Program-made: the position numbers and the translations under genes
Shown here: piece by piece, positions 19,401-27,636 of the stretch
Position numbering within the stretch: position 1 is the first letter of the stretch
Layout of the letters: every line of letters starts with the position of its first letter
IMG/VR virus record: IMGVR_UViG_3300034025_000012
Span: 1-31,576 of that record
Reading direction: 5' to 3' (one strand)
Length of the DNA: 31,576 nt
From: a virus
Taxonomy: Duplodnaviria; Caudoviricetes
The notes under the pieces: generated by a model
What the model was told of the DNA's origin: nothing
Database searches by the model: none
What the model saw: only the letters and a program-made list of their open reading frames with translations

Positions 19401-19969
19401 TCAATACCACCCGCTTTGAATTTAACGAAAGAATCGGTAAGAGATTGTAGACTGAATGGTGCTTTAGTTGCTAAGTCCCAAATATACTGTTGGGAACGCT
19501 TAGCTTCCATTGCCTTACCAGCTTCAGTTGATTCTCTAGAAAGATTTTTAAGAAGAACAGTCTGCTTCTCATATTCAGCATTGATTTTAATAACTGACGC
19601 AACAAATCCACCAACGAAGAAGGCATATTGGTAGAACATTGTCTGAACAGAAGATAAACCAACCACCATTTGTCTAAACGAGTTAGTTAATCCTCTTGAC
19701 TGTGTATTGGCTCTAGCCATGTTATTAGCCGCTCTACCGGCCCCTGTACCCATGGAGTTTATTCGGGTAGTAGCGGCTGCTAAAGCACCATTTAAGCCCG
19801 TAACAGTGGTTCCTAGGGCCGCCATTTGCTTCTGAAGGCGGGTTAGGTTACGACTGGAATTAGTAACTCTCTGGTTAAACGTTCCTAGGCGATTAACCGC
19901 ACTTTGCATTGCTGCATTGAACTTGGTTGCATTGCCTTCAATATCAATTACTAAACGTTCAGTAGACAT
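16472..19969 (-). CDS. tail tape measure protein
   Basis: 1165 aa, Ala/Lys-rich helical; N-terminal tape-measure motif (APFSL...QQMAGKGVVSMEELRQQLGEAVP) and C-terminal HTGGIVG...EVPIIAEKGE; follows the chaperone genes. Confidence 0.95.
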   Translation of the reverse strand: MSTERLVIDIEGNATKFNAAMQSAVNRLGTFNQRVTNSSRNLTRLQKQMAALGTTVTGLNGALAAATTRINSMGTGAGRAANNMARANTQSRGLTNSFRQMVVGLSSVQTMFYQYAFFVGGFVASVIKINAEYEKQTVLLKNLSRESTEAGKAMEAKRSQQYIWDLATKAPFSLQSLTDSFVKFKAGGIDPTNGSMKALVDSVAAFGGSSEQLKRASVAIQQMAGKGVVSMEELRQQLGEAVPDAMKLMANAMNMTMNDFVDAVSKGTVVAKPALQKMLAEMNRVHGGASEQMMNTWDGLMARLITAYSKFVISINKDNKGGLFQTLKSQLVDLERFFSSAKGVQFANDVMTGLGTVVRGFANLIKFVYAWRDTIISAAKIFFTMWAGKQVYGAIKLLLTAFTTLIVGGSRAIVMFKAFTVGSAAAGAATMRTTAGVRALATALGVANVAGRITIAQMGLLAARFTLVGAAAIAASYLVYRLVDALNAQAQAKARVAQAERANQNGGVLEEKDLKAGINKHNQEAATWREQKADLDRRVALYKRAGREIPAALKGQIERNNAEQQRLQKQGRVWVEQSNRFYKDASDQTISQLEARYGQRAQGVLRKYRTTYLDKVAELDARETELAKKGVTKGAEIEKIQKERDAARRAYDEGKLKRQEHMLGLLDKTEKMYAKSDPARAQAARNAKQQLEAEIQSDKSLNEGSFDPNAFTKGKNKEKKEKEPKSDGLDGLRNRFVTLTVAGEEMRHELENIDGEFDSWDAEEKAQKVADALKSEVALRERIAGLRDANKILKKQGRVNDGLKDLQGETAENAANAVDAIEEQAQGYDSLITSLDVYKNKLQDRYRKEIELAAELDAALGTTYTKQYRDQMDNAVNEKRRELLAEYVGDVKKAHEDILTTLMTEDERREYFYKKDVERVTARIALLDMSNAQEAKMAQDLYAYLETLRKQNEERRQGPFAAWAREAADMKPKIQDALVSSLDSFIDKLAEGKFAFKDFAMSLLKDIAKIIIRAMIARAILAAIGMASSTGPVVNTGVESMSSVTTPVLHTGGIVGGAGGMSRAVASGMFNFAQRYHTGGIVGLKPNEVPIIAEKGEGVFTQDQMKTIGNKQQASNVQVNVINQTGTDAEVERKQPTFDGEKWVENIILKKMTRPGPVRDALGRR

Positions 19970-19971
19970 TC

Positions 19972-20316
19972 TTATTGGTTTCCAGTTCCGCCTAACCTAG
20001 CAAGCTTATCCAATGCTCCCTCTTCAGCCTTTACAATTGAACTACGCTGTAAGGTTATTGGATCGCGGTATTCTGCTTTAAGGTGTTCCATTAGTTTAGA
20101 ATAACCTTCACCGGATTGTGAAGCTGCCAGTACAGAAAGAAGACGCATATCTTCTTCAGCACGAATTCTACTAATGTTCTCATTATATAGGGAAAAGACT
20201 TTGAGTGGAAGCTCTAATATATAGTCGTAAGTGTAAGAATAGAATTTACTTACACGTGTAATAAAGTAGGGGAAATCCAGCGTCCCTATTCGGCTGGATT
20301 CCCCGGTGCTTCCCCC
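19972..20316 (-). CDS. tail assembly chaperone T segment, reached by -1 frameshift (gpGT, about 223 aa in total)
   Basis: Not in track. The -1 frame is open from GGGGGAA (20316-20310) to TAA at 19974-19972: GGSTGESSRIGTLDFPYFITRVVKFYSY...ISRIRAEEDMRLLSVLAASQ...GTGNQ*; fills the gap up to the tape measure ATG. Confidence 0.85.
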   Translation of the reverse strand, partial: GGSTGESSRIGTLDFPYFITRVSKFYSYTYDYILELPLKVFSLYNENISRIRAEEDMRLLSVLAASQSGEGYSKLMEHLKAEYRDPITLQRSSIVKAEEGALDKLARLGGTGNQ

Positions 20317-20642
20317 TCGGTTTCAGCCTGAGGTGCATCTTCGTCAGCGGCATCTTCTGCTAGTTCACGAATGGCGCTGAGTTGGTCCATATTAAGACCT
20401 TCAAACTGTTCACGTGTAATAGTTGGAAATACCTTCATTAAGGTTTCAATTGTTAGATTTAGAATTTTATCAGCGCTATTTAGGTCTTCTGCCTGAATTA
20501 GATCATTTAGCTCTTGGCTAGACTTCATCTGGGCGATGTATTCTTTAACAGTAAGAGTTGTCATTACATGCTCTACACCGCCAAGCACAATTACTTTTTC
20601 ACGCTTAGTTACGATTTTATCAAGGTTGAGAATTTTAGTCAT
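20286..20642 (-). CDS. tail assembly chaperone (gpG-like)
   Basis: Between tail tube and tape measure; acidic C-terminus containing the slippery site. Confidence 0.85.
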   Translation of the reverse strand: MTKILNLDKIVTKREKVIVLGGVEHVMTTLTVKEYIAQMKSSQELNDLIQAEDLNSADKILNLTIETLMKVFPTITREQFEGLNMDQLSAIRELAEDAADEDAPQAETEGEAPGNPAE

Positions 20643-20664
20643 AATGTCCTTCTATGTGGTGGAA

Positions 20665-20708
20665 CCTACCTTGCCCTAGAAATGAAAGTAGGAGAAGGGC
20701 AAGGTAGG
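20665..20708 (-). other. 13-bp perfect inverted repeat between tail tube and chaperone genes
   Basis: CCTACCTTGCCCT (20665-20677) / AGGGCAAGGTAGG (20696-20708), 18-nt loop, no U-tract. Confidence 0.75.
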
Positions 20709-20724
20709 CTACAACTAAAGCTTA

Positions 20725-21261
20725 TTAGGCAGTAGCAGTTGTATCACCAATAACATAGAGTAGGCCAGTTGACAAGTCAGGATAGCCGATGAATTCAACG
20801 TTGTAAATTCTCTCTTCGTCTAGCTTGAAAGCGAACTGGAATTCGCCCTTAGGAGCAGAAACAGGAAGAGTGAAATCTTGGTTTTTCGCAGTAGAACCAA
20901 GTGCAATTGGGTGGCACTTTAGAACGTCAGCGAAAGCACGTAGACCCACGCCTACACCTGTAGGAACCTTAAGCTGCTTCTTTGTAGGTGTAGTACCATC
21001 GGTAACAAGTGTTGAACCGGGGATAACCTTTGAGAAGATTGTAAGATCGGTTTCAGCAAGTGGAACCTTTACCATTGCAGTACGACCCATAATGTATTCA
21101 TTAATTTCTGTCTGGCCGAACTGGTCAACAGTAATCTTGTAGGTGTTTGTGCTAACGGTGACTTCTACGCCGCCTTTAGTCAAACCTAGATCAGTTGAAC
21201 CGAACATCACTGAGCAAGTGCCTAGTTGAACGTTATCGGCGTTTGTATTTGTATAAGCCAT
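20725..21261 (-). CDS. major tail (tube) protein
   Basis: NVQLGTC...DLGLTKGGVEV...VDQFG...VKVPLAET...ERIYNVEF; 178 aa; synteny. Confidence 0.9.
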   Translation of the reverse strand: MAYTNTNADNVQLGTCSVMFGSTDLGLTKGGVEVTVSTNTYKITVDQFGQTEINEYIMGRTAMVKVPLAETDLTIFSKVIPGSTLVTDGTTPTKKQLKVPTGVGVGLRAFADVLKCHPIALGSTAKNQDFTLPVSAPKGEFQFAFKLDEERIYNVEFIGYPDLSTGLLYVIGDTTATA

Positions 21262-21321
21262 TTAGCTAAACTCCATTCTAAAATCGGAGTTGATTATAAC
21301 AAGAACAAATACAAAAGTAAA
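21262..21321 (-). promoter_or_regulatory. sigma70-type promoter plus RBS-covering hairpin upstream of tail tube
   Basis: Minus strand TTTACT-17-TATAAT (21321-21293), then AACTCC...GGAGTT stem including the SD. Confidence 0.65.
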
Positions 21322-21322
21322 A

Positions 21323-21706
21323 CTACTTTTCTACATAATGAATTTGATAGGTAACACTGAACTCAAGAATACCCGCTTCTGACCTTCGATACACTCTAGG
21401 TTGGAACAAGGGCCGACATTGTTTAATCGTTATTGTCGGTGTCTCTATGTTATTGAGAGTTAATATTGTAGCAAGTTCCTTACAGATTGCAATACCATTT
21501 TCCATACTTGCGTTACGAACAATAGTTTGGAATTTGCCTTTGAAGTAAAAGGGTGTTTGTGGATCAATAATGGGCGGATCGTTTGAAGGATACACGATGA
21601 TACAACTTTGAACTTCCGCAGGGGCAGAGTATTCGAAGATATCTACTCCGCTAGTCCCTAATCCACCCGCTTCGATCAAGTCTGATATTTCACCAATAGC
21701 ATACAT
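21323..21706 (-). CDS. tail terminator / tail completion protein
   Basis: Position just before tail tube; 127 aa; FQTIVR and FSVTYQI beta-strand pattern. Confidence 0.7.
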   Translation of the reverse strand: MYAIGEISDLIEAGGLGTSGVDIFEYSAPAEVQSCIIVYPSNDPPIIDPQTPFYFKGKFQTIVRNASMENGIAICKELATILTLNNIETPTITIKQCRPLFQPRVYRRSEAGILEFSVTYQIHYVEK

Positions 21707-22152
21707 TAGAAACTATCCTTCGCTGCTTTCTTAGCCTTAGCGATAATCTCAGGCTTCTTCTCTTCCACGGCACGTTCTAAGAACCTACCGCCAACCTCAT
21801 TACCAGCATCTAGTTTAGCTACAGATTTTGGACCCATATGGTAATTCTCATAATTGTCATGCATTTCCTTAGCGTAGGAACTAACGTCACGTGGCCTATC
21901 TGAACCTGTACCTTCACCGCTCACTTCTACACTTAGTTTGGTATAGCCTTTACGAGTTTCACCCGGAACGATCCGGTGGGCTTCTTCTAGGTTGTGCGTA
22001 TCTACAGGGGCGTTGGATTGACTCTTCTTCATAATCTCATCCGCACCATCTTTAATAACTTCTTGGACACGTTGGTTGAACACGTTTTCACGTGTAAAGA
22101 GGTTCTGCTTAAGTTTGTTGAGAGAGAACTGACTTGAATATGTAAGTGCCAT
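21706..22152 (-). CDS. HK97 gp10-like tail completion protein
   Basis: APVDTHNL and GRFLERAVEE motifs; synteny. Confidence 0.75.
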   Translation of the reverse strand: MALTYSSQFSLNKLKQNLFTRENVFNQRVQEVIKDGADEIMKKSQSNAPVDTHNLEEAHRIVPGETRKGYTKLSVEVSGEGTGSDRPRDVSSYAKEMHDNYENYHMGPKSVAKLDAGNEVGGRFLERAVEEKKPEIIAKAKKAAKDSF

Positions 22153-22517
22153 TATTTTTCATCCCTAAACATATCTTCTGCTTTTTCAAAATCTAATTCG
22201 TAGTGGTCAAGCTTACCAGCTACATTAAAGCGTGTCTCTACTTCTTTAATTCGATAAACCTTACCTTCTACAATAAGTAAGTCGTCCCAATTGGGCTTCA
22301 CGTTGGGTTTAACGAGAATACGACCGGTAGCAACGAACTCTTTACTGTTACCGCGTGTTGCTGAAGAGTCTGCACGAACGGTTGTGTCTTCTGTCTTAGT
22401 ATCCCTACGAACCATAGCGAACCTAATGCTTTCCTTCTCGGAATACTTAGGTTGTCCGTCTCTTGTATAAGCGTTAAGCTTTCGTCTAATGTGACAGGTT
22501 CGATTAGGAATAAACAT
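22152..22517 (-). CDS. head closure (stopper) protein
   Basis: 121 aa beta-rich, DLLIVEGKVYRIKEV...LDHYEL; synteny. Confidence 0.7.
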   Translation of the reverse strand: MFIPNRTCHIRRKLNAYTRDGQPKYSEKESIRFAMVRRDTKTEDTTVRADSSATRGNSKEFVATGRILVKPNVKPNWDDLLIVEGKVYRIKEVETRFNVAGKLDHYELDFEKAEDMFRDEK

Positions 22518-22518
22518 G

Positions 22519-23298
22519 TTAGGCCCTATTCAGTTTCCAGATTTGAGCCCCTGTTGAATTCTTATAAATCCATCTACCTAGAACTTCGTAAGCATCATCG
22601 CTGATACCACTGTGCTTACTAAGAGGAACACCGGATTGCCTAAAGAACATAGAAGACTCACCAATGGTTTCTGAGATAATACCAGCACGGATTTTATCTC
22701 TTACTGGACTGTTTTCTACAAGAGCATTAGCTTCGATAATCTGAGCCTTCTTAAGAGCCGCTAGGAAATCAGGGTTTAATGCTTGGAAGGCATTTAGAGA
22801 TAATGATTTAATATCAGGAATTTCTGTAGTACCTACTTGGAACTTTAAATTAGCTAAACGACCATAAGCATTTTCTAGAGCTACTACTTTCAGTTCATCA
22901 TTAAGGCTATCGAAAAATTCTTGTTCCTCTGCAATCTTAGCTCTGATTAGAACGCTTTCAGTATATGTCATAAAGCTATCGGAAAGGACGGTAAGCTGTA
23001 AAGCGTTACCCTTTAGGATATAGACCTGAGAGACGATATAAGAGCCTTCAGCGCTCGTTAGGTAGCAGTTAAGCAACCTAGCATCTTTCTTCGCTGTAGA
23101 GGCGTTAGAAACGGCAGGAATGACCACGTTGGAAGATGTACCGGTCGCATCAAAGCCCGTTAGTGCTTGTTTAGCAATAACTACATTAGAGTCTGCATCT
23201 AACAACTCATATTCAAAAGCTGTTAAAGTTAAGTCTGTATCGTTGTATGAGTGTGGTACTTCAATAGTAACCTGTGTATTAGATGCAAACTCTAACAT
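22519..23298 (-). CDS. head-tail adaptor with N-terminal beta-rich extension
   Basis: C-terminal helical domain with LKKAQIIEAN and GIISETIGESS; synteny. Confidence 0.65.
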   Translation of the reverse strand: MLEFASNTQVTIEVPHSYNDTDLTLTAFEYELLDADSNVVIAKQALTGFDATGTSSNVVIPAVSNASTAKKDARLLNCYLTSAEGSYIVSQVYILKGNALQLTVLSDSFMTYTESVLIRAKIAEEQEFFDSLNDELKVVALENAYGRLANLKFQVGTTEIPDIKSLSLNAFQALNPDFLAALKKAQIIEANALVENSPVRDKIRAGIISETIGESSMFFRQSGVPLSKHSGISDDAYEVLGRWIYKNSTGAQIWKLNRA

Positions 23299-23720
23299 TA
23301 TTTACCCTTTGCTAAGTCAGCCTGTGCGTCTAAAATCTCATCAATGAGTCCTGAAATCTGTACGTTCTTTACACCAAACTCAGCACCTATTGGACGAATT
23401 GCTTTAATGCCACCTTTGTCAGCTAAATCTTCTAGATATTCTCTAGAATACTTAGGAGTAGGGCCTACTTCTGCAATCTCTTCTTCTGCTGTCTGCAAAG
23501 GAGCAACAACTTCTGCCGATAGATGGTCAGTGTTAGCCATAAGAACCGAAGCTCCAACCTGTTCATCTGTTTCTGCCTTTACTACTCTAACATTAGCGCC
23601 AATCATAAACATTTCACGCTCTGTAACTTCACGTGCTGAAACCCCATTAACGAAAGGAACGTTACCTAGAAGGTCTGAGAACGATTCCCAACCGGGAACA
23701 TCAATCTTGATTTTGAACAT
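23298..23720 (-). CDS. hypothetical head-associated protein
   Basis: Follows the capsid gene; C-terminal YSREYLEDLADKGGIKAIRPIGAEFGVK...LIDEILDAQ resembles a small helical (HeH/Rho-N-like) domain. Confidence 0.6.
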   Translation of the reverse strand: MFKIKIDVPGWESFSDLLGNVPFVNGVSAREVTEREMFMIGANVRVVKAETDEQVGASVLMANTDHLSAEVVAPLQTAEEEIAEVGPTPKYSREYLEDLADKGGIKAIRPIGAEFGVKNVQISGLIDEILDAQADLAKGK

Positions 23721-23751
23721 ATTTGTAAATCCTGTGTTTAATTCTTGATGG

Positions 23752-23757
23752 ATTATA
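23752..23757 (-). promoter_or_regulatory. -10 element restarting transcription after the capsid terminator
   Basis: TATAAT about 15 nt after the terminator U-tract; no convincing -35. Confidence 0.45.
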
Positions 23758-23771
23758 CGATATTGTTAGTT

Positions 23772-23802
23772 AAAAAGAAAGGGCGGGAATTTCTCCCCGC
23801 CC
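23772..23802 (-). terminator. intrinsic terminator after the major capsid gene
   Basis: Minus strand GGGCGGGGAGAAATTCCCGCCC followed by TTTCTTTTT. Confidence 0.9.
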
Positions 23803-23831
23803 CGTCGAACTAGTCTAATTCCTAAGAATTC

Positions 23832-24734
23832 TTAGGCGTTAGTGATACCCTTAAGTCGTGCAAGTGACTTGGTGGACTTAAGAGCCATAGAGACATACCA
23901 TTTAAGGCGATACCTCCAAGCGTCGTAAGCTTCACGTGTACCAAGGTCTTCAACTACAACACCCGCAGTTGGATCACCATAGATGCCGTGTAGACCATCT
24001 GTGGTATTAAGGCGAGCCGCATAGATTGAGCAAGTGTTGCTTGCTGAACCCTGTGTTTCGTCTGCATTTAGGTACTCGGAAAGAAGTACTGGAATACCGT
24101 CATAAGCAGGAACAGTGTTATCAAAGTCACGAATCTTAACCTGCTCTGGAAGCATACCGCCTGAAGTTCTCATAAGAGCCTTAAGGGCGCGGTAAGTACC
24201 ATGGCGCATGAAAAGAGCGTCTGGGCGGTTAGGAACAGCATCAATTAGCTCGTCAAGCATACCGAAGGTAAGAGCGCCACCGTTAGTACCAGCAGAGATT
24301 GTCTGAGGTGCAGTAACAAGTGTCTTCATACCGTCGAATTCCTTGGCGTTACCAGAAACAGTACCGTTAACCATTACGTTACGGAACTTCATATCAACAG
24401 CCTTAGCAGCACCGGCAAGAGCCTCTGCAACCTGATTGTTGGTATCGTTCATTGTACCAGCAAGGAACTTATCAACGTCAACGTTGTGAGCCATAATCTT
24501 GAGGGTTACAGTAACCTGTGTATTGGTTGGTGCACCTTCACCGATGGCTTCGCTTACATCAACGAAGTTAATCGTTGGGAGGGTGTCCTCACGGTTGTAA
24601 ACGTAAGCTTTGTGGTTAGTGCCTACGAATGGGAGCAATGCATAAATGGCATCACGTTTGATAATTTCTTCAATGACACCTGACACTAACTGGTTGTTAG
24701 ATAGTCTCTCGGCATCGGCTCTTAAAAGTGGCAT
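23832..24734 (-). CDS. major capsid protein (HK97 fold)
   Basis: 300 aa after scaffold, strong SD, followed by a terminator; MPLLRADAERLSNN...LPF...YVYNRE...VDVDKFL...EFDGM...RYRLKWY...LARLKGI, which I recall as SSU5/pHCM2-type. Confidence 0.92.
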   Translation of the reverse strand: MPLLRADAERLSNNQLVSGVIEEIIKRDAIYALLPFVGTNHKAYVYNREDTLPTINFVDVSEAIGEGAPTNTQVTVTLKIMAHNVDVDKFLAGTMNDTNNQVAEALAGAAKAVDMKFRNVMVNGTVSGNAKEFDGMKTLVTAPQTISAGTNGGALTFGMLDELIDAVPNRPDALFMRHGTYRALKALMRTSGGMLPEQVKIRDFDNTVPAYDGIPVLLSEYLNADETQGSASNTCSIYAARLNTTDGLHGIYGDPTAGVVVEDLGTREAYDAWRYRLKWYVSMALKSTKSLARLKGITNA

Positions 24735-24793
24735 ATTAAACTCCGTTTTCTAATTTCGAAGATAATACTACCACTCTTAATTTCATATTACAA
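24735..24793 (-). promoter_or_regulatory. sigma70-type promoter with extended -10 and weak RBS-covering stem upstream of capsid
   Basis: Minus strand TTGTAA-17-TAGTAT (24793-24765) with TG extension, then CTTCG...CGGAG. Confidence 0.6.
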
Positions 24794-24812
24794 TACTAAA
24801 TTGTGAATTAGT

Positions 24813-25619
24813 TTAGAACTTAGGGTTCTGTAGACCGAAATTCTTACTATTCTTAAGTCCTAGAGCCATCTTATCTAGACTTGACATAGGACGCTGTGTA
24901 CCGGGAGTCTCAATACTTGTCTGTTTACTTCCGGCTCCACCTTTTAGTTCACTCTTGATTAGAGTATCCTTATCGGGATCACCATTGATAATAGCTTCAA
25001 TAGCTGCTTCAAAAGGAACACCTTCACCATCGGCACCAACAATAGGTGTACGGTCAGCAGAACCCTTTGGTTTATCGTAGGCTACAATCTTACCGTCCTG
25101 AATTTCGAAGTGATCTGCATAGAGAGCCTTGGTCTTATTTGGGGTAAGGGTTAGCTTCTCTTGAATAAACTTTGAATTAGAGAACGCATTAGTTAATGAA
25201 AGAGCATCAACGTTACGGGCTAGGTCTTCACGTGCCTTACGCTCAGTCTCTAGCTTCTCTTCTAGTTCCTTGCGTTCCTTAGCGGCTGCTTCCTTCTGCA
25301 TTTCTAAAAGGCGTGTATATTCGCCCTTGCGCTCTAGCTCAGTCTTTTCAGCCTCTTCCATCTTCTTAAGGGCTTCTCTAGCTGCATCTAGGTCAATACC
25401 ACCTAGCTGTTCAGCGAGCTTCTTAGCTTTCTCAGCTTCAGCTTTCTTTTCAGCCTTAAGTTTCATAATTTCTTTGATTAGTTTTGCTTCTGCATCGGAG
25501 GGCTTACCATCGTCCGTACCGGTTTCAGTTTCTTTTGCAGCCTTCAGAGCAGCTTCTTCAGCTTCCTTGGCTTTAGCGGCTTCAGCTTCTTGCTGCGCCT
25601 TTAGTTCTTCTTCGTCCAT
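24813..25619 (-). CDS. capsid scaffolding protein
   Basis: Highly charged coiled-coil N-half, GGAGS-type linker near the C-terminus; between portal and capsid. Confidence 0.85.
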   Translation of the reverse strand: MDEEELKAQQEAEAAKAKEAEEAALKAAKETETGTDDGKPSDAEAKLIKEIMKLKAEKKAEAEKAKKLAEQLGGIDLDAAREALKKMEEAEKTELERKGEYTRLLEMQKEAAAKERKELEEKLETERKAREDLARNVDALSLTNAFSNSKFIQEKLTLTPNKTKALYADHFEIQDGKIVAYDKPKGSADRTPIVGADGEGVPFEAAIEAIINGDPDKDTLIKSELKGGAGSKQTSIETPGTQRPMSSLDKMALGLKNSKNFGLQNPKF

Positions 25620-25654
25620 TGTATTCTACCTTTCTCTTGGTACAGTCAGTTCTC

Positions 25655-27211
25655 TTAGACTGTTTTCTTTGCGGGTTTATTATTCTGGCCCTGCGAACCA
25701 GTCTTAGTACTTCCTGCGGTAGCTTCTGGCTTAATGGCTGCGGTTTCTAGAGCCTTAAGGGATTCTACCCAATCTTTACTAATGTCATTATCAATTGTCT
25801 TCTTGATTTGTTCCGACAACTGAGGGTAAAGCTTCTCGACAAGATTACGCATTTGTTCTTGTCTGAGTGACTTTGGAGCATTGAGTATAGCAAGATTATT
25901 TGCAATGTCAAATTCGTTACTTAGATTACGTACATCGAAATCTCTTGAATAATTAACAAACTCTTCTACATCATCAATATCATTTAGATCGCCATTCCAC
26001 GCTTTTACTAGTCGAAGGATACGGTTCTCACAAAACTCTAGAGACTTAGCTTTGTTAGCAAGCATGGCATTCATGCGCTCAAAGTCATAAGCCTTAGCAA
26101 CACCGGAACTGTTATCAATTCCCATAGCATTATCTTCTTTGGTTCTCTCACCGGACATACCGACGCTGTGGTAAATCTCTCCAATGATTTTATTAATCAT
26201 AGCAAGGATAACACCCGCCTGTTTAGGATCGGGAGCAATGAATTCTGGTGTCTGATTTGTTTCGCCGCTATGGTAGAGGAAGATACGCTTAGTACCGAAC
26301 TCTAAAAGCTTAGCAGCAATGTTGTTTTCATCATCGTCCGTGAACGCTACGGCTTCAGCAGGAATAACTAACTGGCTAAAGGTTTGATCCTGAATAATAG
26401 CATCAAGGTTAGAAAGATAGTTAGCAACCGCCTTATCAAGGTAAGCAATTTCAGCAATAAGGGCAGTAGAGGTAAAGGGACTCTCTGTTTCACTATGGTC
26501 AAGATAAGTTACGGGGACGATACCTAAACCATGTTCGCCCGAGTCCTCTAACTCATATTTAGCGTTGGAAGGAGTCTTTTCAGTGCTGAATAGATACCAC
26601 TCGTTACGAGTCCAAACCCTAACCTTCTCAGTTACGTTTCCGGTGTATGAGAAGGGGTCTGCATCATCACGTACAGCTTCCCTAATCTTAATCCAAAGAA
26701 GTTCACCATCATCATCAAATGCAAGGTCTAGAACGTCTGTAGGAGACACGGTATAGCAATAGCAGCGGCCCTTAGCTTTCTTAGCATCGGCTTTACTGAC
26801 AATACCATTTGGAATATTACTATCAACAACAACCCATACTCTACCATAAATAGAAGCAAGACTAGATAGGATTGGCATAAAGTGGTCTATGTCACGCTTC
26901 TGTAAAGTAGCGTTTTCCCAGAATGCTTTTATATATTCAGGAGCATCATCCTTTCGGGCAATCTCTGCTTTGAAAATATACTTGTTAACAAGGTCAACAA
27001 CTTCTCTGGTATGATTAAAACGATAGGCACGTTCAAGGCGTTCCGCATATTCGGTTTCACCTTCTTTTACGTACTTGAAGATGTTCTTTTCGAACCAAGC
27101 TCTACCGCCATCATAGGTAGCCTTGTAGAACAGCCATTCATTGAATTTGCCGTCATAGTCAGGATGCCTTTTATCGAGTACCTTGGATAATTCTGAATTT
27201 GAAATTGTCAT
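25655..27211 (-). CDS. portal protein
   Basis: 518 aa after TerL; RHPDY, ATYDGG, YAERLERA, HGLGIVPV, SSGVAKAYDF; SPP1-like character. Confidence 0.9.
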   Translation of the reverse strand: MTISNSELSKVLDKRHPDYDGKFNEWLFYKATYDGGRAWFEKNIFKYVKEGETEYAERLERAYRFNHTREVVDLVNKYIFKAEIARKDDAPEYIKAFWENATLQKRDIDHFMPILSSLASIYGRVWVVVDSNIPNGIVSKADAKKAKGRCYCYTVSPTDVLDLAFDDDGELLWIKIREAVRDDADPFSYTGNVTEKVRVWTRNEWYLFSTEKTPSNAKYELEDSGEHGLGIVPVTYLDHSETESPFTSTALIAEIAYLDKAVANYLSNLDAIIQDQTFSQLVIPAEAVAFTDDDENNIAAKLLEFGTKRIFLYHSGETNQTPEFIAPDPKQAGVILAMINKIIGEIYHSVGMSGERTKEDNAMGIDNSSGVAKAYDFERMNAMLANKAKSLEFCENRILRLVKAWNGDLNDIDDVEEFVNYSRDFDVRNLSNEFDIANNLAILNAPKSLRQEQMRNLVEKLYPQLSEQIKKTIDNDISKDWVESLKALETAAIKPEATAGSTKTGSQGQNNKPAKKTV

Positions 27212-27234
27212 TTATATTCTCTCAAAGATTTTCA

Positions 27235-27636
27235 TTATAGCGTAGTTTGGTCTTTTAGCCAATTGGCAATTTTAAGCAATTCTTCCCATGTTGCATCGGT
27301 TTTAATTCGATTAGCTCTATGAGAAATAACTATGATGTTCCCTTTCACATAACCCTTCTTACTGTCAATTCGATCAATAGAAGGTGAGTCGCTCTTGTCG
27401 CCTCCTATTTTCATTGGTATTCCAAGTACAGGACAGAGAGCCGGAACAATTACGTCTTCGACTTCAATAGTAAAATCCAAACCTTTACGTGCTGCTCGGT
27501 AACGACACGATAACCAAAGCGAATAACTAGGATTATTGAGTTTCCATTGAGCTACTTGCTGATTTCTTTTGGTTCTATTTTCTTCTCGGTAGATAAGATC
27601 ATATGCCGCTTTTTCTTCTTTGGTCTTAAAAGGCAT
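27235..27636 (-). CDS. HNH-type endonuclease (probable free-standing homing endonuclease)
   Basis: CPVLG...SPSIDRIDSKKGYVKGNIIVISHRANRIK; inserted between TerL and portal. Confidence 0.85.
   Translation of the reverse strand: MPFKTKEEKAAYDLIYREENRTKRNQQVAQWKLNNPSYSLWLSCRYRAARKGLDFTIEVEDVIVPALCPVLGIPMKIGGDKSDSPSIDRIDSKKGYVKGNIIVISHRANRIKTDATWEELLKIANWLKDQTTL

Noticed and set aside
23832-24734. Encapsulin nanocompartment
   Set aside because: The gene sits in a complete terminase-portal-scaffold-neck-tail operon, so it is a phage capsid.
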